A DNA stretch of 64,000 nucleotides from Candidatus Omnitrophota bacterium. Lineage in GTDB: Bacteria > Omnitrophota > Gorgyraeia > Gygaellales > Profunditerraquicolaceae. Shown piece after piece: positions 46,365 to 57,362 of the stretch. The DNA lies in the NCBI GenBank assembly GCA_035402765.1, contig DAONDX010000003.1, forward strand, positions 50,682 through 114,681, in the 5' to 3' direction. Position 1 is the first letter of the stretch. Each line of letters begins with the position of its first letter. The translations under genes were made by a program, and so were the position numbers. The notes beneath the pieces are model-generated. The model searched no databases and was not told the DNA's origin. It saw only the letters and a program-made list of their open reading frames with translations.

Positions 46365-46438
46365 TGGGCGATAGAGGACTCGAACCTCTGACATCTACAA
46401 TGTGAATGTAGCGCTCTAACCAACTGAGCCAATCGCCC
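46365..46438 (-). tRNA. tRNA-Val (anticodon CAC)
   Basis: The reverse complement reads GGGCGATTGGCTCAGTTGGTTAGAGCGCTACATTCACATTGTAGATGTCAGAGGTTCGAGTCCTCTATCGCCCA, with anticodon loop TTCACAT. Confidence 0.85.
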
Positions 46439-46606
46439 TCAAATTTTCGAGTGAAACGAGAAAATTTTACTCCGCGCTTTACCTTAATCTGGAAATCTAG
46501 GTCAAGCGATGAGAAATCGTATAATAACCTGTTAAACTTTATCCCTCGTCAGACCGATATTTATTTAATAAGGTATCCTCGGAGTGATTTTGTGAAGCAA
46601 AAATCA

Positions 46607-46700
46607 TGGGCCCACAGGGACTCGAACCCCGGACCAATTACCAAAGGGGCTCTGCCCCTATGGCGCTTTGCTGTTACCCCGAAATCGTGGGGAAAAGTTT
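46607..46700 (-). repeat. single copy of the conserved ~75-nt module fused to a duplicate of positions 41-73 of the adjacent CAT tRNA (homologous to the units at 5648-5936)
   Basis: The minus strand reads ...CGATTTCGGGGTAACAGCAAAGCGCCATAGGGGCAGAGCCCCTTTGGTA followed by ATTGGTCCGGGGTTCGAGTCCCTGTGGGCCCA. The tRNA-derived part is identical to tRNA 46787-46860 positions 41-73. Confidence 0.6.
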
Positions 46701-46786
46701 AATTACCTTTATAGCTCCTTCGAGCTTGAACCTGGATAAATTCTTTAGGTATCGCTCGAAGTGAATTTTTACTTCGTAAAAATTCA

Positions 46787-46860
46787 TGGGCCCACAGGGA
46801 CTCGAACCCCGGACCAATTGATTATGAGTCAACTGCTCTAACCGACTGAGCTATGGGCCC
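46787..46860 (-). tRNA. tRNA-Met or tRNA-Ile2 (anticodon CAT), elongator type
   Basis: The reverse complement reads GGGCCCATAGCTCAGTCGGTTAGAGCAGTTGACTCATAATCAATTGGTCCGGGGTTCGAGTCCCTGTGGGCCCA. Confidence 0.85.
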
Positions 46861-47025
46861 CATAAAATTAGCTTTATTTCACCTAAAGCCAAATCTTTGC
46901 TAGATTTACAGCTGCCATTCTAAGCTAATTTAGTTGACTAGATTAGCCATAAAATAATACTATATATTACTATTTTTAGGGAATTTTGGCAAGTTAAAAC
47001 TTATTTAATTCAGGGGCAGGAAAAT

Positions 47026-50000
47026 CTACTTTATCTTACCCACTACTCTAAGAAAAGCACTGACAATGCGGGGATCAAACTGAGTCCCGGAAGATTTCTT
47101 AATTATATCTATGGCCGCGGTTTTAGTAAACGCTTTATGATATGGCCGGTCACTGATCAAAGCCTGGTAAACATCGGCAATCGCGATCACCCTGGCCCCC
47201 AGCGGGATATCTTCACCTCTTATTCCGCTGGGATACCCTTTACCGTCCCAACGCTCATGATGGTAAAAAATAAACGGGATAAGATCGTGCAAAAACTGAA
47301 TCGGCCGGATGATATCAGCTCCGATTTGAGGGTGCTTTTTTATCTCTTCAAACTCTTTTTTATTAAGTTTACCTTTTTTAAGTAAAATGTTCTCGCTAAT
47401 TCCGATTTTACCTAGATCATGCAGCATAGAGGCCTGCTTAATCAATTCCACATCCTCTTTTGGCAAATTCAATTCTTTAGCTATTCCAACGGCAAAATGC
47501 ACCGTATTTTCAACATGCTCGCCGGTATAATGATCCTTCAATTCTAATGTTTTAGCAAAAGCAAAGATTGATTCGCTTAAACCCTGTTTAGATTGCTTGT
47601 TCAATTTATCAATAGTATTCTTTAATGATTTTATACCTACGGATTTAGTAATCTTCTCGATTCCTTTTTTTATTGGATTTTTTACATCCAATGAAGAATA
47701 AACCCGGTTACCGCCGCCTTCTTTAACTTTATTCAACAACATATCCGCCAAATTCACTAAATCCATCCCGTTTTTTGCCCGATCTTCGGGAAATGAAACC
47801 ACCGAAAGACTGATTTTTAGCTTAACACTGTGCTTTCTATTCCCGAAATTGATAAAATTCAAGGAATCCAGCAATCTTTGCGCCATATTAAAAGCCACGT
47901 TACGGCTTAGACGCGGAGAAATAACAATAAACTCCTCGCCGCTATAACGCACCAAGACATCATAGCGCCTAACCATACGCTTAAGCTGCTTGGCTAATTG
48001 TTTCAGAACTAAATCCCCAAAAGCGATTCCATACACATCATTGATCGATTTAAAATAGTCAACATCCAGCATGATAATGGCTAAGTTTTGGGCATACCTT
48101 CTGGCTTGATGGAACTCAACCTCGATTGCCTCTTGCAGATAGCGATAATTATATAAACCGGTATGCGCATCAATTAATGAAATACTTTTTAATTTTTCAT
48201 TAATTTTGATCAATTCACGGTTGAGCTTGCTTTTTTCCAATTCCGCGGCTTTATAGCGATTAGTTTCCTGTAGAAGATCGCGGGTACGTTCCCCTACCAG
48301 CTCTTCCAGATCATTACGGTAACGCTTAAGCTCTTCGTCAATCTTCTTTTTTTGCGTTATATCCACATTCACTTCAGCGACATACCACTTGCCGTCTTTA
48401 CCCTGGTAAGGTATAGAAGTAATCTGAATGGGACGATTGCCTTCTTTCTCTAAAATTTCTTCACTTACCACAATCTTCTTAGTTCTCAAAGCCTCTTCAA
48501 TAGCGCAAGTAGGACAGCGTTCCTTGCGCCCCATAAAATACTCAAAACATTTCTTCCCTTTCCACTCGCCATACACGCTAGACCAAGCAGGATCTATGTA
48601 GATAACATTGTATTCCTGATCGATGATATCTAAACCGGTTTTAGTTACTCCTAAAGTATACTCTAACCGCTGATGCACAAGATTTGCTTTTTCTTCGATC
48701 TCCTTTCTCGAGGCGATTTCCAATTCCAGAGATTTTGTCCGCTGCTCAACCAAGATTTCCAGCTTTTCATGATAAACCTTTAATTCATTTTCATATTCTT
48801 TTCTTTTACTAACATCTTCCATACATCCCAGCATCCGGAAAGGTTTACCATTTTTATCTTTAAGGAACATCCCCCTGTCTTTCATATAAGCATAACTGCC
48901 GTTTTTTTGTAAAAAACGGTATTCTACTTCATATACTCCGCCCGATTTGATTGTCTGATTCAATAAATCACTGGCCATTTTTCGGTCATCAGGATGGATC
49001 ATCTCTTCCCAGCGCCTAAGATCTACTTTGGAAAACTCTTCATGAGTAAATCCGGTAATTTTCTCAATCAAACCACTCCAGATTATCTCCTGTGTTGATA
49101 AATTCAAATCGTAAATAAGCTGGCCGGTTTGCTCGGTAACCAAGCGGTAACGTTCTTCAGCAATAGTTAGTTTCTCACTATTTTCTTTTTGCAAAGAGAT
49201 ATCTTCGAAACTTCCCAAAACAGACAGCCGCCCATCTAAAGTTAACATTGAGGCGGTAATATTAGCAAAGAAAATACTGTTGTCTTTCCTTTTAACCGGT
49301 ATATTTATAACGTTAATCAGTTCACCCTTTATCAGCCGTTCAAATTGTTCAGCGGCAAAAGACCAATCTTTTTTGGCATGAATATCCCTGACGCCTAAAT
49401 GAGACAATTCATCTTTGCTATAACCCAGCATCTTTTGGACCGCTTTATTGCTTAAAACAAAGTCGCGGGTTTGTATATCAACAATCAGCATCCCAATGTT
49501 AGAATTCTCAAAAATAGTCTTAAATTTTTCTTCGCTATAGCGTAAAGCCTCTTCGGCAGTTTTACGCTGGGTTATATCACGCACATATTCAATCACTCCG
49601 CTAATTTTTTTAGTTTTTTCATCAAACATCGGGAAGCTGTAAAGATCAAAATAACCGACAATTTTTCCTTCTTTGTCATGCTTCGGAGAAACATTAACGG
49701 CGGGCTTTAAAGTTTTAAAGGTCTCTTTCACCGGGCAATTTTGGCAAGGCTCATTTTTTCCATGAAAAGCCGCGTAACATTTTTTTCCAACCAGAGGCAA
49801 ATTATGTTCATGCCATTTTTCTTTAGTCAGATTGCACCAGACAACGTTCATTTCCGGATCTAAAACGCTTAATCCATCCTGGATGCTGTTAAACACATTG
49901 GTTGAAAAAGCAGTCAACTTACCCAGCTCTTTTTGGGTTTCTTGTGCCAGGCGCATCTCTTTACGCAAAGCCTCGTTGGAGCTGGCCAACTCCGCCGTCC

Positions 50001-50466
50001 TGACTTTAACCCTAAGCTCAAGCTCCGCGCGGACATCTTCCAACCTATCTGTCTGGCTCTTATAAAGGGTAATATTTCTGGCAATTCCGGTTGTGCCGAT
50101 TACGTTGCCATGATCATCAAAAAAAGGAGTTTTTATCGTCTCGATCCACTGTTCACCTGTTTCTTGATACATTAATCTTTCCTGAACACATTTACGTTTC
50201 TTGCTCTTAATTACTTCTTGATCATCAGCCTGGTAACTTAAAGCTAATTCTTTAGGCCAGATATCCAAATCAGTTTTTCCGATAATTTCCTCGACCTTAA
50301 AACCGCAAGCTTTAACAAAAGGCCCGTTAACAGCAATAAACCTGCCCTGGAGATCTTTAAGCCAGGCGATATCCGGGATATTATCCAAAATAGCCTTCTG
50401 CTGGAATTCTACCTTGCGCAGCTTAGCAAGCGTAATTTCAAAATTTTCGTTTTTAGAATCTTCCAT
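47026..50466 (-). CDS. multi-PAS signalling protein with GGDEF (diguanylate cyclase) and HD-GYP (c-di-GMP phosphodiesterase) domains
   Basis: 1146 aa with at least four PAS/PAC regions, a GGDEF core RYSGEEFIV, and an HD-GYP motif HHERWDGKGYP. Confidence 0.85.
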   Translation of the reverse strand: MEDSKNENFEITLAKLRKVEFQQKAILDNIPDIAWLKDLQGRFIAVNGPFVKACGFKVEEIIGKTDLDIWPKELALSYQADDQEVIKSKKRKCVQERLMYQETGEQWIETIKTPFFDDHGNVIGTTGIARNITLYKSQTDRLEDVRAELELRVKVRTAELASSNEALRKEMRLAQETQKELGKLTAFSTNVFNSIQDGLSVLDPEMNVVWCNLTKEKWHEHNLPLVGKKCYAAFHGKNEPCQNCPVKETFKTLKPAVNVSPKHDKEGKIVGYFDLYSFPMFDEKTKKISGVIEYVRDITQRKTAEEALRYSEEKFKTIFENSNIGMLIVDIQTRDFVLSNKAVQKMLGYSKDELSHLGVRDIHAKKDWSFAAEQFERLIKGELINVINIPVKRKDNSIFFANITASMLTLDGRLSVLGSFEDISLQKENSEKLTIAEERYRLVTEQTGQLIYDLNLSTQEIIWSGLIEKITGFTHEEFSKVDLRRWEEMIHPDDRKMASDLLNQTIKSGGVYEVEYRFLQKNGSYAYMKDRGMFLKDKNGKPFRMLGCMEDVSKRKEYENELKVYHEKLEILVEQRTKSLELEIASRKEIEEKANLVHQRLEYTLGVTKTGLDIIDQEYNVIYIDPAWSSVYGEWKGKKCFEYFMGRKERCPTCAIEEALRTKKIVVSEEILEKEGNRPIQITSIPYQGKDGKWYVAEVNVDITQKKKIDEELKRYRNDLEELVGERTRDLLQETNRYKAAELEKSKLNRELIKINEKLKSISLIDAHTGLYNYRYLQEAIEVEFHQARRYAQNLAIIMLDVDYFKSINDVYGIAFGDLVLKQLAKQLKRMVRRYDVLVRYSGEEFIVISPRLSRNVAFNMAQRLLDSLNFINFGNRKHSVKLKISLSVVSFPEDRAKNGMDLVNLADMLLNKVKEGGGNRVYSSLDVKNPIKKGIEKITKSVGIKSLKNTIDKLNKQSKQGLSESIFAFAKTLELKDHYTGEHVENTVHFAVGIAKELNLPKEDVELIKQASMLHDLGKIGISENILLKKGKLNKKEFEEIKKHPQIGADIIRPIQFLHDLIPFIFYHHERWDGKGYPSGIRGEDIPLGARVIAIADVYQALISDRPYHKAFTKTAAIDIIKKSSGTQFDPRIVSAFLRVVGKIK

Positions 50467-50590
50467 TTTAGCCTTAGGGTTGTTTATTTACCGGTTAAGA
50501 AAAAAAAACAGCTCCTTTTTTAATTAAGAAGCTGCTTTTTTAATCTTATCTTTTGAGTAAATCATCTAATATCCCCGGTCAGATTATCTT

Positions 50591-52150
50591 TTAATATTCC
50601 CTCTGATGCGCCAAAGTCATATCCATAAAAGTACGTAAACGCCGCGAACGTGACGGATGCCTGAGTTTCTTTAAGGCCTTAGCTTCGATTTGCCTGACCC
50701 TTTCGCGCGTAACTTTAAACACATTGCCCACCTCTTCCAAAGTACGGGCGGAACCATCATGAATGCCGAAACGCAAAACCAGGATCTTTTTCTCCCTTTC
50801 GGTTAAAGTACTTAAAGCCGAATTCATTTCATCCTTTAACATTGAACGCACCGTTTCATTAGCCGGAGAGACGGCTTTTTTATCCTGGATAAAATCTCCG
50901 AAGTGCGTATCACCTTCATCGCCAATCGGCATCTGCAGTGAAATCGGCTCCTGGGCAATCTTGAGTATTGATTTTATTTTGCCTTGCGGAAAACGCATTT
51001 TATGAGCGATCTCCTCCGGTGTAGGCTCCCGGCCGTTTTTTTGCACAAAAACCCTGGAAAAACGGATTATCTTGTTAATCGTTTCAGTCATATGTACGGG
51101 AATCCTGATGGTACGGGCCTGATCCGCGATTGAGCGAGTGATCGCCTGGCGTATCCACCAAGTAGCATAAGTGGAAAATTTATAACCACGTTTATATTCA
51201 AATTTTTCTACCGCCCGCATCAAACCAATATTACCCTCCTGGATCAAATCCAGAAAAGAAAGACCGCGGTTGGTATATTTTTTAGCGATACTTACCACCA
51301 GTCGTAAGTTTGCTTCTACTAATTTCTTTTTTGTACGGCTGAATTTAAGATGCGCGGATTTAATCAGCTTCATCTGCTCTTTGATTTTACCGTAAGGCTG
51401 GGCCAATTCTTTGAGAATTTGGCGGCTGCGCAGATTATCCCGTTTATTTAACCGCTTAATATGCTCTAGCTCACGCAATAAAAGGCTCAACTTGCGTACT
51501 GCCGCTTCGATCACCGAAGTAGTAAAATTCAACTGCAAAATTAAATTTATCGCGTTACTATCGCTGCGGGTTTGCTTAATTTTAGCTAAAATACGCTTAA
51601 ACCTGCCGATCACGCTGTTCTTCTTTATATGGATATCTTCTTTAACTACCTCCTCCATATTGATCTTATCATCTAAAATATTGGCCGCCACGATTAAGAC
51701 TTCATTCCTGGCAAACTTAGTCACTAAAACTGCCCGCTTGAATTTATCTTCGGCATCTTCGATCTTTTTAGCCAGTTCAATTTCATTTTCACGGCTGAGC
51801 AAAGAGATCGAACCCATTTGCTTCAAATACATTTTTACCGGATCATCCAAAGGCATAAAACGCTCTTCGCTTTTAAGCTGCTCGGTGAGCAGCTCCTCAC
51901 GCTGCTGCACTAAATTTTGCTTATCCTGCTGGGTAGCGCGGTTTGCCGATAAACCTGCGTCAGTTTCACCCTCGACCACTTGAATATCTTCATTCCCCAG
52001 TAATTCAAAAAGGTGATCAATCGCCACGGTACTAGAAAGGTCCTCAGGCAACAAATCATTAACTTCATCATAAGTTAAAAAGCCCTTCTGTTTACCCAGG
52101 GCAATTAGTTTTTCCATATCTTTGGTGGGCTGCTGCTGATTCTTTTTCAT
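50591..52150 (-). CDS. rpoD: RNA polymerase primary sigma factor (sigma-70)
   Basis: 519 aa with conserved regions 1.1 through 4.2 ([28 protein letters not shown]). Confidence 0.95.
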   Translation of the reverse strand: MKKNQQQPTKDMEKLIALGKQKGFLTYDEVNDLLPEDLSSTVAIDHLFELLGNEDIQVVEGETDAGLSANRATQQDKQNLVQQREELLTEQLKSEERFMPLDDPVKMYLKQMGSISLLSRENEIELAKKIEDAEDKFKRAVLVTKFARNEVLIVAANILDDKINMEEVVKEDIHIKKNSVIGRFKRILAKIKQTRSDSNAINLILQLNFTTSVIEAAVRKLSLLLRELEHIKRLNKRDNLRSRQILKELAQPYGKIKEQMKLIKSAHLKFSRTKKKLVEANLRLVVSIAKKYTNRGLSFLDLIQEGNIGLMRAVEKFEYKRGYKFSTYATWWIRQAITRSIADQARTIRIPVHMTETINKIIRFSRVFVQKNGREPTPEEIAHKMRFPQGKIKSILKIAQEPISLQMPIGDEGDTHFGDFIQDKKAVSPANETVRSMLKDEMNSALSTLTEREKKILVLRFGIHDGSARTLEEVGNVFKVTRERVRQIEAKALKKLRHPSRSRRLRTFMDMTLAHQREY

Positions 52151-52152
52151 AC

Positions 52153-53919
52153 TTAGTCGCCTTTCTTTATAAGATTATCAAATTCCTGAATAAGACTGTT
52201 TAACTTTTCCTGATCGCCTTGAGATTCAGCGCTCTTAATCTGTTTATTTAAATTCTCACGCCGGGATCTTAATTTTTGGGTTTTAATCCGCGCGATGCAA
52301 TCATTAACCGCTTTCTCCCTGCCTTGATCCGTAAGCGCCGGCATAAACATAGTTTCACAAACCAACTGGCTGGCATCATCTTCGCTAAAATAATTCATCA
52401 GTACGCTTGGCTGAATACTTTTTCCCTGAAGAACTAAATCATGCATTACAGAAACAATTTTAGCCGTGCGCGCATCCGCAAAATCGGCAGGCGCCAACTC
52501 ATGCATAATTCTTTCAATCAGATCTTTTTCCTCGAGCATAAATTTGATCAAAAGTTTCTCCGCCGGATTGATCGGCATAGAGTTTTTCACCGAAACAACA
52601 ACAGGATCCGCAGGAATAGAAACAACCGGTTTGAATTTACGCAACTCTTCAAGAATATCTGCCTGCGGTATCCGCATTTCTTCAGACAATTTTTTTGTAT
52701 ATTCACCTCTTAAAATAGCATTATCGAACTTGTTAATCGTAAAAAGCATTTCCGCGGCAATTTTAGCTTTACCATGCGCATCTTTTATATCATGCCGGCT
52801 TTTTAAAATCTCCAGTTTATAATCAAAGAAACTGGCCGCTTTTTCTACTTTATCTTTTAAGGTATTGACACCCTGCTTGCGCACCAAAGTATCCGGATCC
52901 ATCCCGGCAGGCAAAGTAACAACTTTTACCTGCAAACCTTCATCGATCAGAATATCCAGGCTTCTTAAAGTAGCCAGCTCTCCGGCGGCATCTCCGTCAT
53001 AAACCATTACAACATTATGCGTATAACGTTTAATTAGTTTAATCTGCTCCAAAGTAAGCGCCGTGCCCTGTGAAGCAACGATATTTTTCAACCCCTCCTG
53101 AAAAGGAATAATGAAATCCAAATAACCTTCCACGATCACTACCCGGTCGCCATCCCGGATAAAATCCTTGGATAAATTCAACCCGAAGAGATTTTTGCCT
53201 TTAGTGTAAACCGGCGTCTCCGGAGAATTAATATATTTAGGCAGAGTCTCATCCAACACCCGCGCACCGAATCCGATCGAACGCGCCCGCACATCAAAAA
53301 TCGGGAATATAATACGCTGGCGAAAACGATCATAATAACCACCGGAATCTTTAGGTAAAATCAAGCCCGCCTGCTCCATCAAAGCCAGACTGATATTCTT
53401 GCTTCTTAAAAAATTAATTAAACCATCCCAGCCCAAAGTAGCTAAACCTAAATGAAACTCTTTAGCGGTAGCAAGCTTAATCCCTCTGTTTTGTAAATAA
53501 TTTACCGCGGCTTCCGCTCCCGGAACATGCAGGTTATTTTCATAAAAACTTACCGCGAGTTCATTAATTTTGTATAATTGGCTGCTTAAACTGGCAGCCT
53601 GAGCTAATTCCGGACGATTCTGATCAGGCAGAATAATTCCGCATCTTTTAGCCAGCATTTCAACCGCTTCGGGAAATTCCATCCGCTCATGACGCATCAG
53701 GAACTTAAAAGCATTGCCGGATTCACCGCAGCCAAAACAATGGTAAATCTGGCGTTCCGGAGAGACCATAAAAGAGGCTGTCTTTTCATGATGAAAAGGA
53801 CAATTGGTTTTAAAGTTCGAACCGGCTTTCTTAAGCGGGATATAGCTAGAAATAATCTCCACGATATCTACCCGCCCAAGGATATCCTCTAATATATTTT
53901 CTGGTATACGCCCAAACAT
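52153..53919 (-). CDS. dnaG: DNA primase
   Basis: 588 aa with the zinc ribbon [11 protein letters not shown]...CFGCG, a TOPRIM domain, and the conserved dnaG-rpoD order. Confidence 0.95.
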   Translation of the reverse strand: MFGRIPENILEDILGRVDIVEIISSYIPLKKAGSNFKTNCPFHHEKTASFMVSPERQIYHCFGCGESGNAFKFLMRHERMEFPEAVEMLAKRCGIILPDQNRPELAQAASLSSQLYKINELAVSFYENNLHVPGAEAAVNYLQNRGIKLATAKEFHLGLATLGWDGLINFLRSKNISLALMEQAGLILPKDSGGYYDRFRQRIIFPIFDVRARSIGFGARVLDETLPKYINSPETPVYTKGKNLFGLNLSKDFIRDGDRVVIVEGYLDFIIPFQEGLKNIVASQGTALTLEQIKLIKRYTHNVVMVYDGDAAGELATLRSLDILIDEGLQVKVVTLPAGMDPDTLVRKQGVNTLKDKVEKAASFFDYKLEILKSRHDIKDAHGKAKIAAEMLFTINKFDNAILRGEYTKKLSEEMRIPQADILEELRKFKPVVSIPADPVVVSVKNSMPINPAEKLLIKFMLEEKDLIERIMHELAPADFADARTAKIVSVMHDLVLQGKSIQPSVLMNYFSEDDASQLVCETMFMPALTDQGREKAVNDCIARIKTQKLRSRRENLNKQIKSAESQGDQEKLNSLIQEFDNLIKKGD

Positions 53920-53923
53920 TTCT

Positions 53924-54808
53924 CTACTTTCTTTTTATTCTAGTAAAACCGGAGCAGGCAATAATTTCAAAACGTTCTCTGGCGGCTTGTTCAATATTAT
54001 CTAAAAGTAAATTCAGGCCCAGAGTATCCGACGAAATATGGCCGGCAATCACTACATTTAAATTAGCATCTTTAACTTTTTTAAAATGCCCTTCACTCAA
54101 ATGCATGGAAACTAAAGTCCTTACCCCGGCTTTATATAATTTGTCAAAAACGTCTTTTGAGCCCTCAGTACCTCCGGTCATCTCAAATAAAATTTTGCCG
54201 GCCGGACGCTTAGGATTACCCAAAATTATACGCGGCCCGGTATTAAATTTACCGGCGATCTGATACTCCGGTATAGTGTTTAATACTTTTACCACATCTT
54301 CGACTAAACGCGGGATACGGGATTTCTGCTTAAAAATCGCTTCCAGGTACCTGTGCACATGATTATCAGCCGGAGTATGCAAATTCATAAAAGGAATCTT
54401 TAACAATCTGGCAGCATCTACCGGCCGGGTATGATTCTGCGGCAATACCCCGCGCTGGACCTGTGCCATTCTTTCCTCAACTAATCTGGTTGCGGCGGGC
54501 TTAGCCAGACCGGCTTGCGTCAATAGATCAACCTGCAATCTCATCACTTCATATAAACCGGCATAAGCTTTTCCTTCGGGATGATGCGCAAGCACTAAAT
54601 CCAACCCTTCCTTTTGCCGGATACGGTCAGCCAGCAAAAGCTCCGGGGTTTCAATATCTATTCCAACCAGAATTTTTTTAACCTCTAAATCCGGCTGGCC
54701 GAAAAGTATCGCTGAATCGGGAAAAGATTTTATTTTTGATTTAGCTTTACGCACATCCGCTAAACGGCCAAAACGCACGGCCTGATTATAAAAGTTTATC
54801 AGCTTCAT
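53924..54808 (-). CDS. possible Nif3-like (DUF34) dinuclear-metal protein (weak assignment)
   Basis: 294 aa with two His-containing segments (LAHHP..., IAGHISSDTLG) loosely matching the Nif3 metal-ligand motifs. It neighbours dnaG/rpoD as yqfO does in Firmicutes. Confidence 0.4.
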   Translation of the reverse strand: MKLINFYNQAVRFGRLADVRKAKSKIKSFPDSAILFGQPDLEVKKILVGIDIETPELLLADRIRQKEGLDLVLAHHPEGKAYAGLYEVMRLQVDLLTQAGLAKPAATRLVEERMAQVQRGVLPQNHTRPVDAARLLKIPFMNLHTPADNHVHRYLEAIFKQKSRIPRLVEDVVKVLNTIPEYQIAGKFNTGPRIILGNPKRPAGKILFEMTGGTEGSKDVFDKLYKAGVRTLVSMHLSEGHFKKVKDANLNVVIAGHISSDTLGLNLLLDNIEQAARERFEIIACSGFTRIKRK

Positions 54809-55389
54809 CAGCGATAGAATTTATCCATGGTTTCGGCAACGGTAGAATTAAATTTTTCATGAGCGGAGAACTTAGAAAAGATATTGCTCCAAAGCCAATC
54901 GTAAGTCCGGGGAGAAATAGCAAAAGCCCGGCTGCCTAAATAAGAATGCCGTACGGAATTACTAATATAAGTAACCGTGGAAATACTCAAAGTAAAAGAA
55001 ATTAAACCGACTATCAAAAAACTCCGGAAAATGCCTAAAATCAACCCGGCGACCTGGTTGATCCTGGGAACAGCGTTTAATTGAACAAAACGGAAAAGCA
55101 AGCTGCGTAAAAGTATAAAACAGGAGTATCCCACAATAACCAGCAAAATAAAAACTATAAAATCCATGAATGCTAAAGGCATAATTTGGGAGAAAAAACG
55201 CCTCTGGATAAGATCTGAAACAGCGACATAATAATGCAGCGATATATAAGTTGAAAAAATTACACCTGCAAGCTTGAAAAGTTCGATGGATAAACCCATT
55301 TTAGCAGCAATGTAACATATTCTAAATAAAACAATTAGGATAATGAAATCTAAAAAATTAAACTTTGCTAACGTCTCGGCTATCATCAC
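54808..55389 (-). CDS. cvpA: CvpA family membrane protein
   Basis: 193 aa with four transmembrane helices and family resemblance. Confidence 0.7.
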   Translation of the reverse strand: MMIAETLAKFNFLDFIILIVLFRICYIAAKMGLSIELFKLAGVIFSTYISLHYYVAVSDLIQRRFFSQIMPLAFMDFIVFILLVIVGYSCFILLRSLLFRFVQLNAVPRINQVAGLILGIFRSFLIVGLISFTLSISTVTYISNSVRHSYLGSRAFAISPRTYDWLWSNIFSKFSAHEKFNSTVAETMDKFYR

Positions 55390-55457
55390 TCTCTCCTATT
55401 TTTTTGGGAATTAATGCTTGTTCTTGGTATAGTAGGATTAGCTGCAATTTATCAAAA

Positions 55458-55487
55458 AGTATAACATATATCCGACCGGATTGTCAA
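55458..55487 (-). promoter_or_regulatory. sigma70-type promoter upstream of cvpA (the cvpA-nif3-dnaG-rpoD unit)
   Basis: On the minus strand: TTGACA, an 18-nt spacer, then TATACT, about 70 nt upstream of the cvpA ATG. Confidence 0.5.
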
Positions 55488-55501
55488 GGAAACGGGCAGA
55501 T

Positions 55502-56434
55502 TTATATCCTAAACCAGGCTATGGTGCGCTCTAACCCGTTTTCCAGGGAAACCTTGGGTTTCCAGCCAAGAAGCTTCTTGGCTCTAGTAATATCCGGCCG
55601 GCGTTGCTGCGGATCATCTTGAGGCAATTCTTTAAAAACAATCTTACTTTTAGAACCGGTCAATTTTAAAACAAGCTTTACCAGCTGCATAATAGTGAAT
55701 TCGGCAGGATTACCCAGATTAACCGGTAGATTCTGGTGAGCAACCATTAAACGCAATAAACCATCCACCAAATCATCAATATAACAAAAACTTCTGCTCT
55801 GCTTGCCCCTCCCGTAAACCGTAATCGCCCGGCCGGCTAAAGCCTGACTGATAAAATTAGGGACTACCCGGCCGTCATTATGACGCATTTTCGGACCATA
55901 AGTGTTAAAAATACGGACAATCTTAGTGTTTACCTTATGTTCACGGCAATAAGCCATCGTTATGGCTTCCGCAAACCGCTTGGATTCATCATAACAGCTA
56001 CGCACACCAATAGGATTCACATGTCCCCAATAATTTTCGGTTTGCGGATGAACCAGAGGGTCGCCATAAACCTCCGAAGTAGAAAAAAGCATAAATGCGG
56101 CTTTTTTCTTTTTAGCCAGGCCTAAAGCATTATGCGTACCTAACGCACCGACTTTTAGAGTTTGGATGGGAAAATCTAAATAATCCTTCGGAGAAGCTAA
56201 AGAAGCGCAATGCAGGACATAATCTAATTTACCGGAAATATTAATATGGTCGGAAACGTCACAAACCTCTAATCTGAAATTTTTATCTTTAGAAAATCCA
56301 TCCAGATTGCTGGGAGTACCGGTAATAAAGTTATCCAAACAAATAACCCGGTAATTTTCGGCCAGCAGCCTCTGGCACAAATGCGAACCGATAAAACCCG
56401 CTCCCCCGGTAATCAACACTGTCTGTTTAGGCAT
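55502..56434 (-). CDS. UDP-glucuronate decarboxylase (UDP-xylose synthase), SDR family
   Basis: 310 aa beginning [11 protein letters not shown], with the YDESKRFAE catalytic region typical of UXS. Confidence 0.8.
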   Translation of the reverse strand: MPKQTVLITGGAGFIGSHLCQRLLAENYRVICLDNFITGTPSNLDGFSKDKNFRLEVCDVSDHINISGKLDYVLHCASLASPKDYLDFPIQTLKVGALGTHNALGLAKKKKAAFMLFSTSEVYGDPLVHPQTENYWGHVNPIGVRSCYDESKRFAEAITMAYCREHKVNTKIVRIFNTYGPKMRHNDGRVVPNFISQALAGRAITVYGRGKQSRSFCYIDDLVDGLLRLMVAHQNLPVNLGNPAEFTIMQLVKLVLKLTGSKSKIVFKELPQDDPQQRRPDITRAKKLLGWKPKVSLENGLERTIAWFRI

Positions 56435-57362
56435 TTTGTTTCCAAAAATCCACAGTAATTTTTAAACCATCGATAAAACTGACTTTCGGCTTAAAATTCA
56501 AAAATTTTCCGGCTTGTCTTATATCAGCCAAAGTCCTAAATACATCACCCGCCCGCACAGGAAGTAATCTAGGTTTAATATTTTTGCCTAAAATCTGATT
56601 AAGGATTTTAACTAAATCCAGAACCGAAGTGTCTTTACCGCTGGCGACATTAAAAACTCCATGCTTAACTTTACAAGCAGAAGCGGCCAACAAATTGGCA
56701 GCTACCACATTTTGCACAAAGGTGAAATCCCGGGACTGGCGACCATTACCAAAAATCGGCGGAGATTGATTATTCAAAAGACAATTAATAAACTTGGGAA
56801 TTACTACCGCATAATCATCATCTAATGCCTGGCGCGGCCCGAAAACATTGAAATATCGCAAGGCAACCGTAGGTAAAGCAAAATATAGACTGAATATCTT
56901 ACAGTAATATTCTCCGGTTATCTTACTTAAAGCATACGGGGAAATCGGACCGGGGAGGAAACTTTCTTTTTCCGGATAATCTTTTACCTCACCGTATACC
57001 GAACTCGATGAAGCAAAAACAAAACGTTTTATCTTATTTTCCCGGGAAGCCTCCAGCATATTAAGCGTTCCGTCGATATTAACGCGATTATAGGCATGCG
57101 GTTCAACCATGCTCTTAGGCACGCTCCTTAAAGCCGCTTGATGTAAAACGAAATCCACCCCTTTGGTCGCTTTAACACAAGCAGCATAAGAACAAATATC
57201 CCCTCTGATTAAATCAATCTTTTTTTCCAGCCCCTTAAGGTTACTTAATTTGCCGCTAGAAAAATTATCCAGGACCCGCACATTCTTGCCCTGTTTAACC
57301 AAAGCTTCGACAATATGTGAACCGATAAAACCTGCCCCGCCGGTAACCAAAAACCTGCTCAT
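56427..57362 (-). CDS. NAD-dependent nucleotide-sugar 4-epimerase (WbpP/TviC-like)
   Basis: 311 aa beginning [10 protein letters not shown], with a YxxxK region, paired with the upstream WbpO-like dehydrogenase. Confidence 0.7.
   Translation of the reverse strand: MSRFLVTGGAGFIGSHIVEALVKQGKNVRVLDNFSSGKLSNLKGLEKKIDLIRGDICSYAACVKATKGVDFVLHQAALRSVPKSMVEPHAYNRVNIDGTLNMLEASRENKIKRFVFASSSSVYGEVKDYPEKESFLPGPISPYALSKITGEYYCKIFSLYFALPTVALRYFNVFGPRQALDDDYAVVIPKFINCLLNNQSPPIFGNGRQSRDFTFVQNVVAANLLAASACKVKHGVFNVASGKDTSVLDLVKILNQILGKNIKPRLLPVRAGDVFRTLADIRQAGKFLNFKPKVSFIDGLKITVDFWKQNA

Noticed and set aside
46861-47025. sigma70-like promoter for the tRNA-Met/Val cluster (TTGGCT...TAATTT on the minus strand)
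   Set aside because: The hexamers are a poor match to consensus and several alternative placements are equally plausible, so it is not reported as a feature.
50496-50545. Possible terminator hairpin downstream of rpoD (CAGCT...AGCTG with flanking A/T runs)
   Set aside because: The stem is only ~5 bp with a 17-nt loop, which is too weak to call. The A/T runs may simply reflect AT-rich intergenic DNA.
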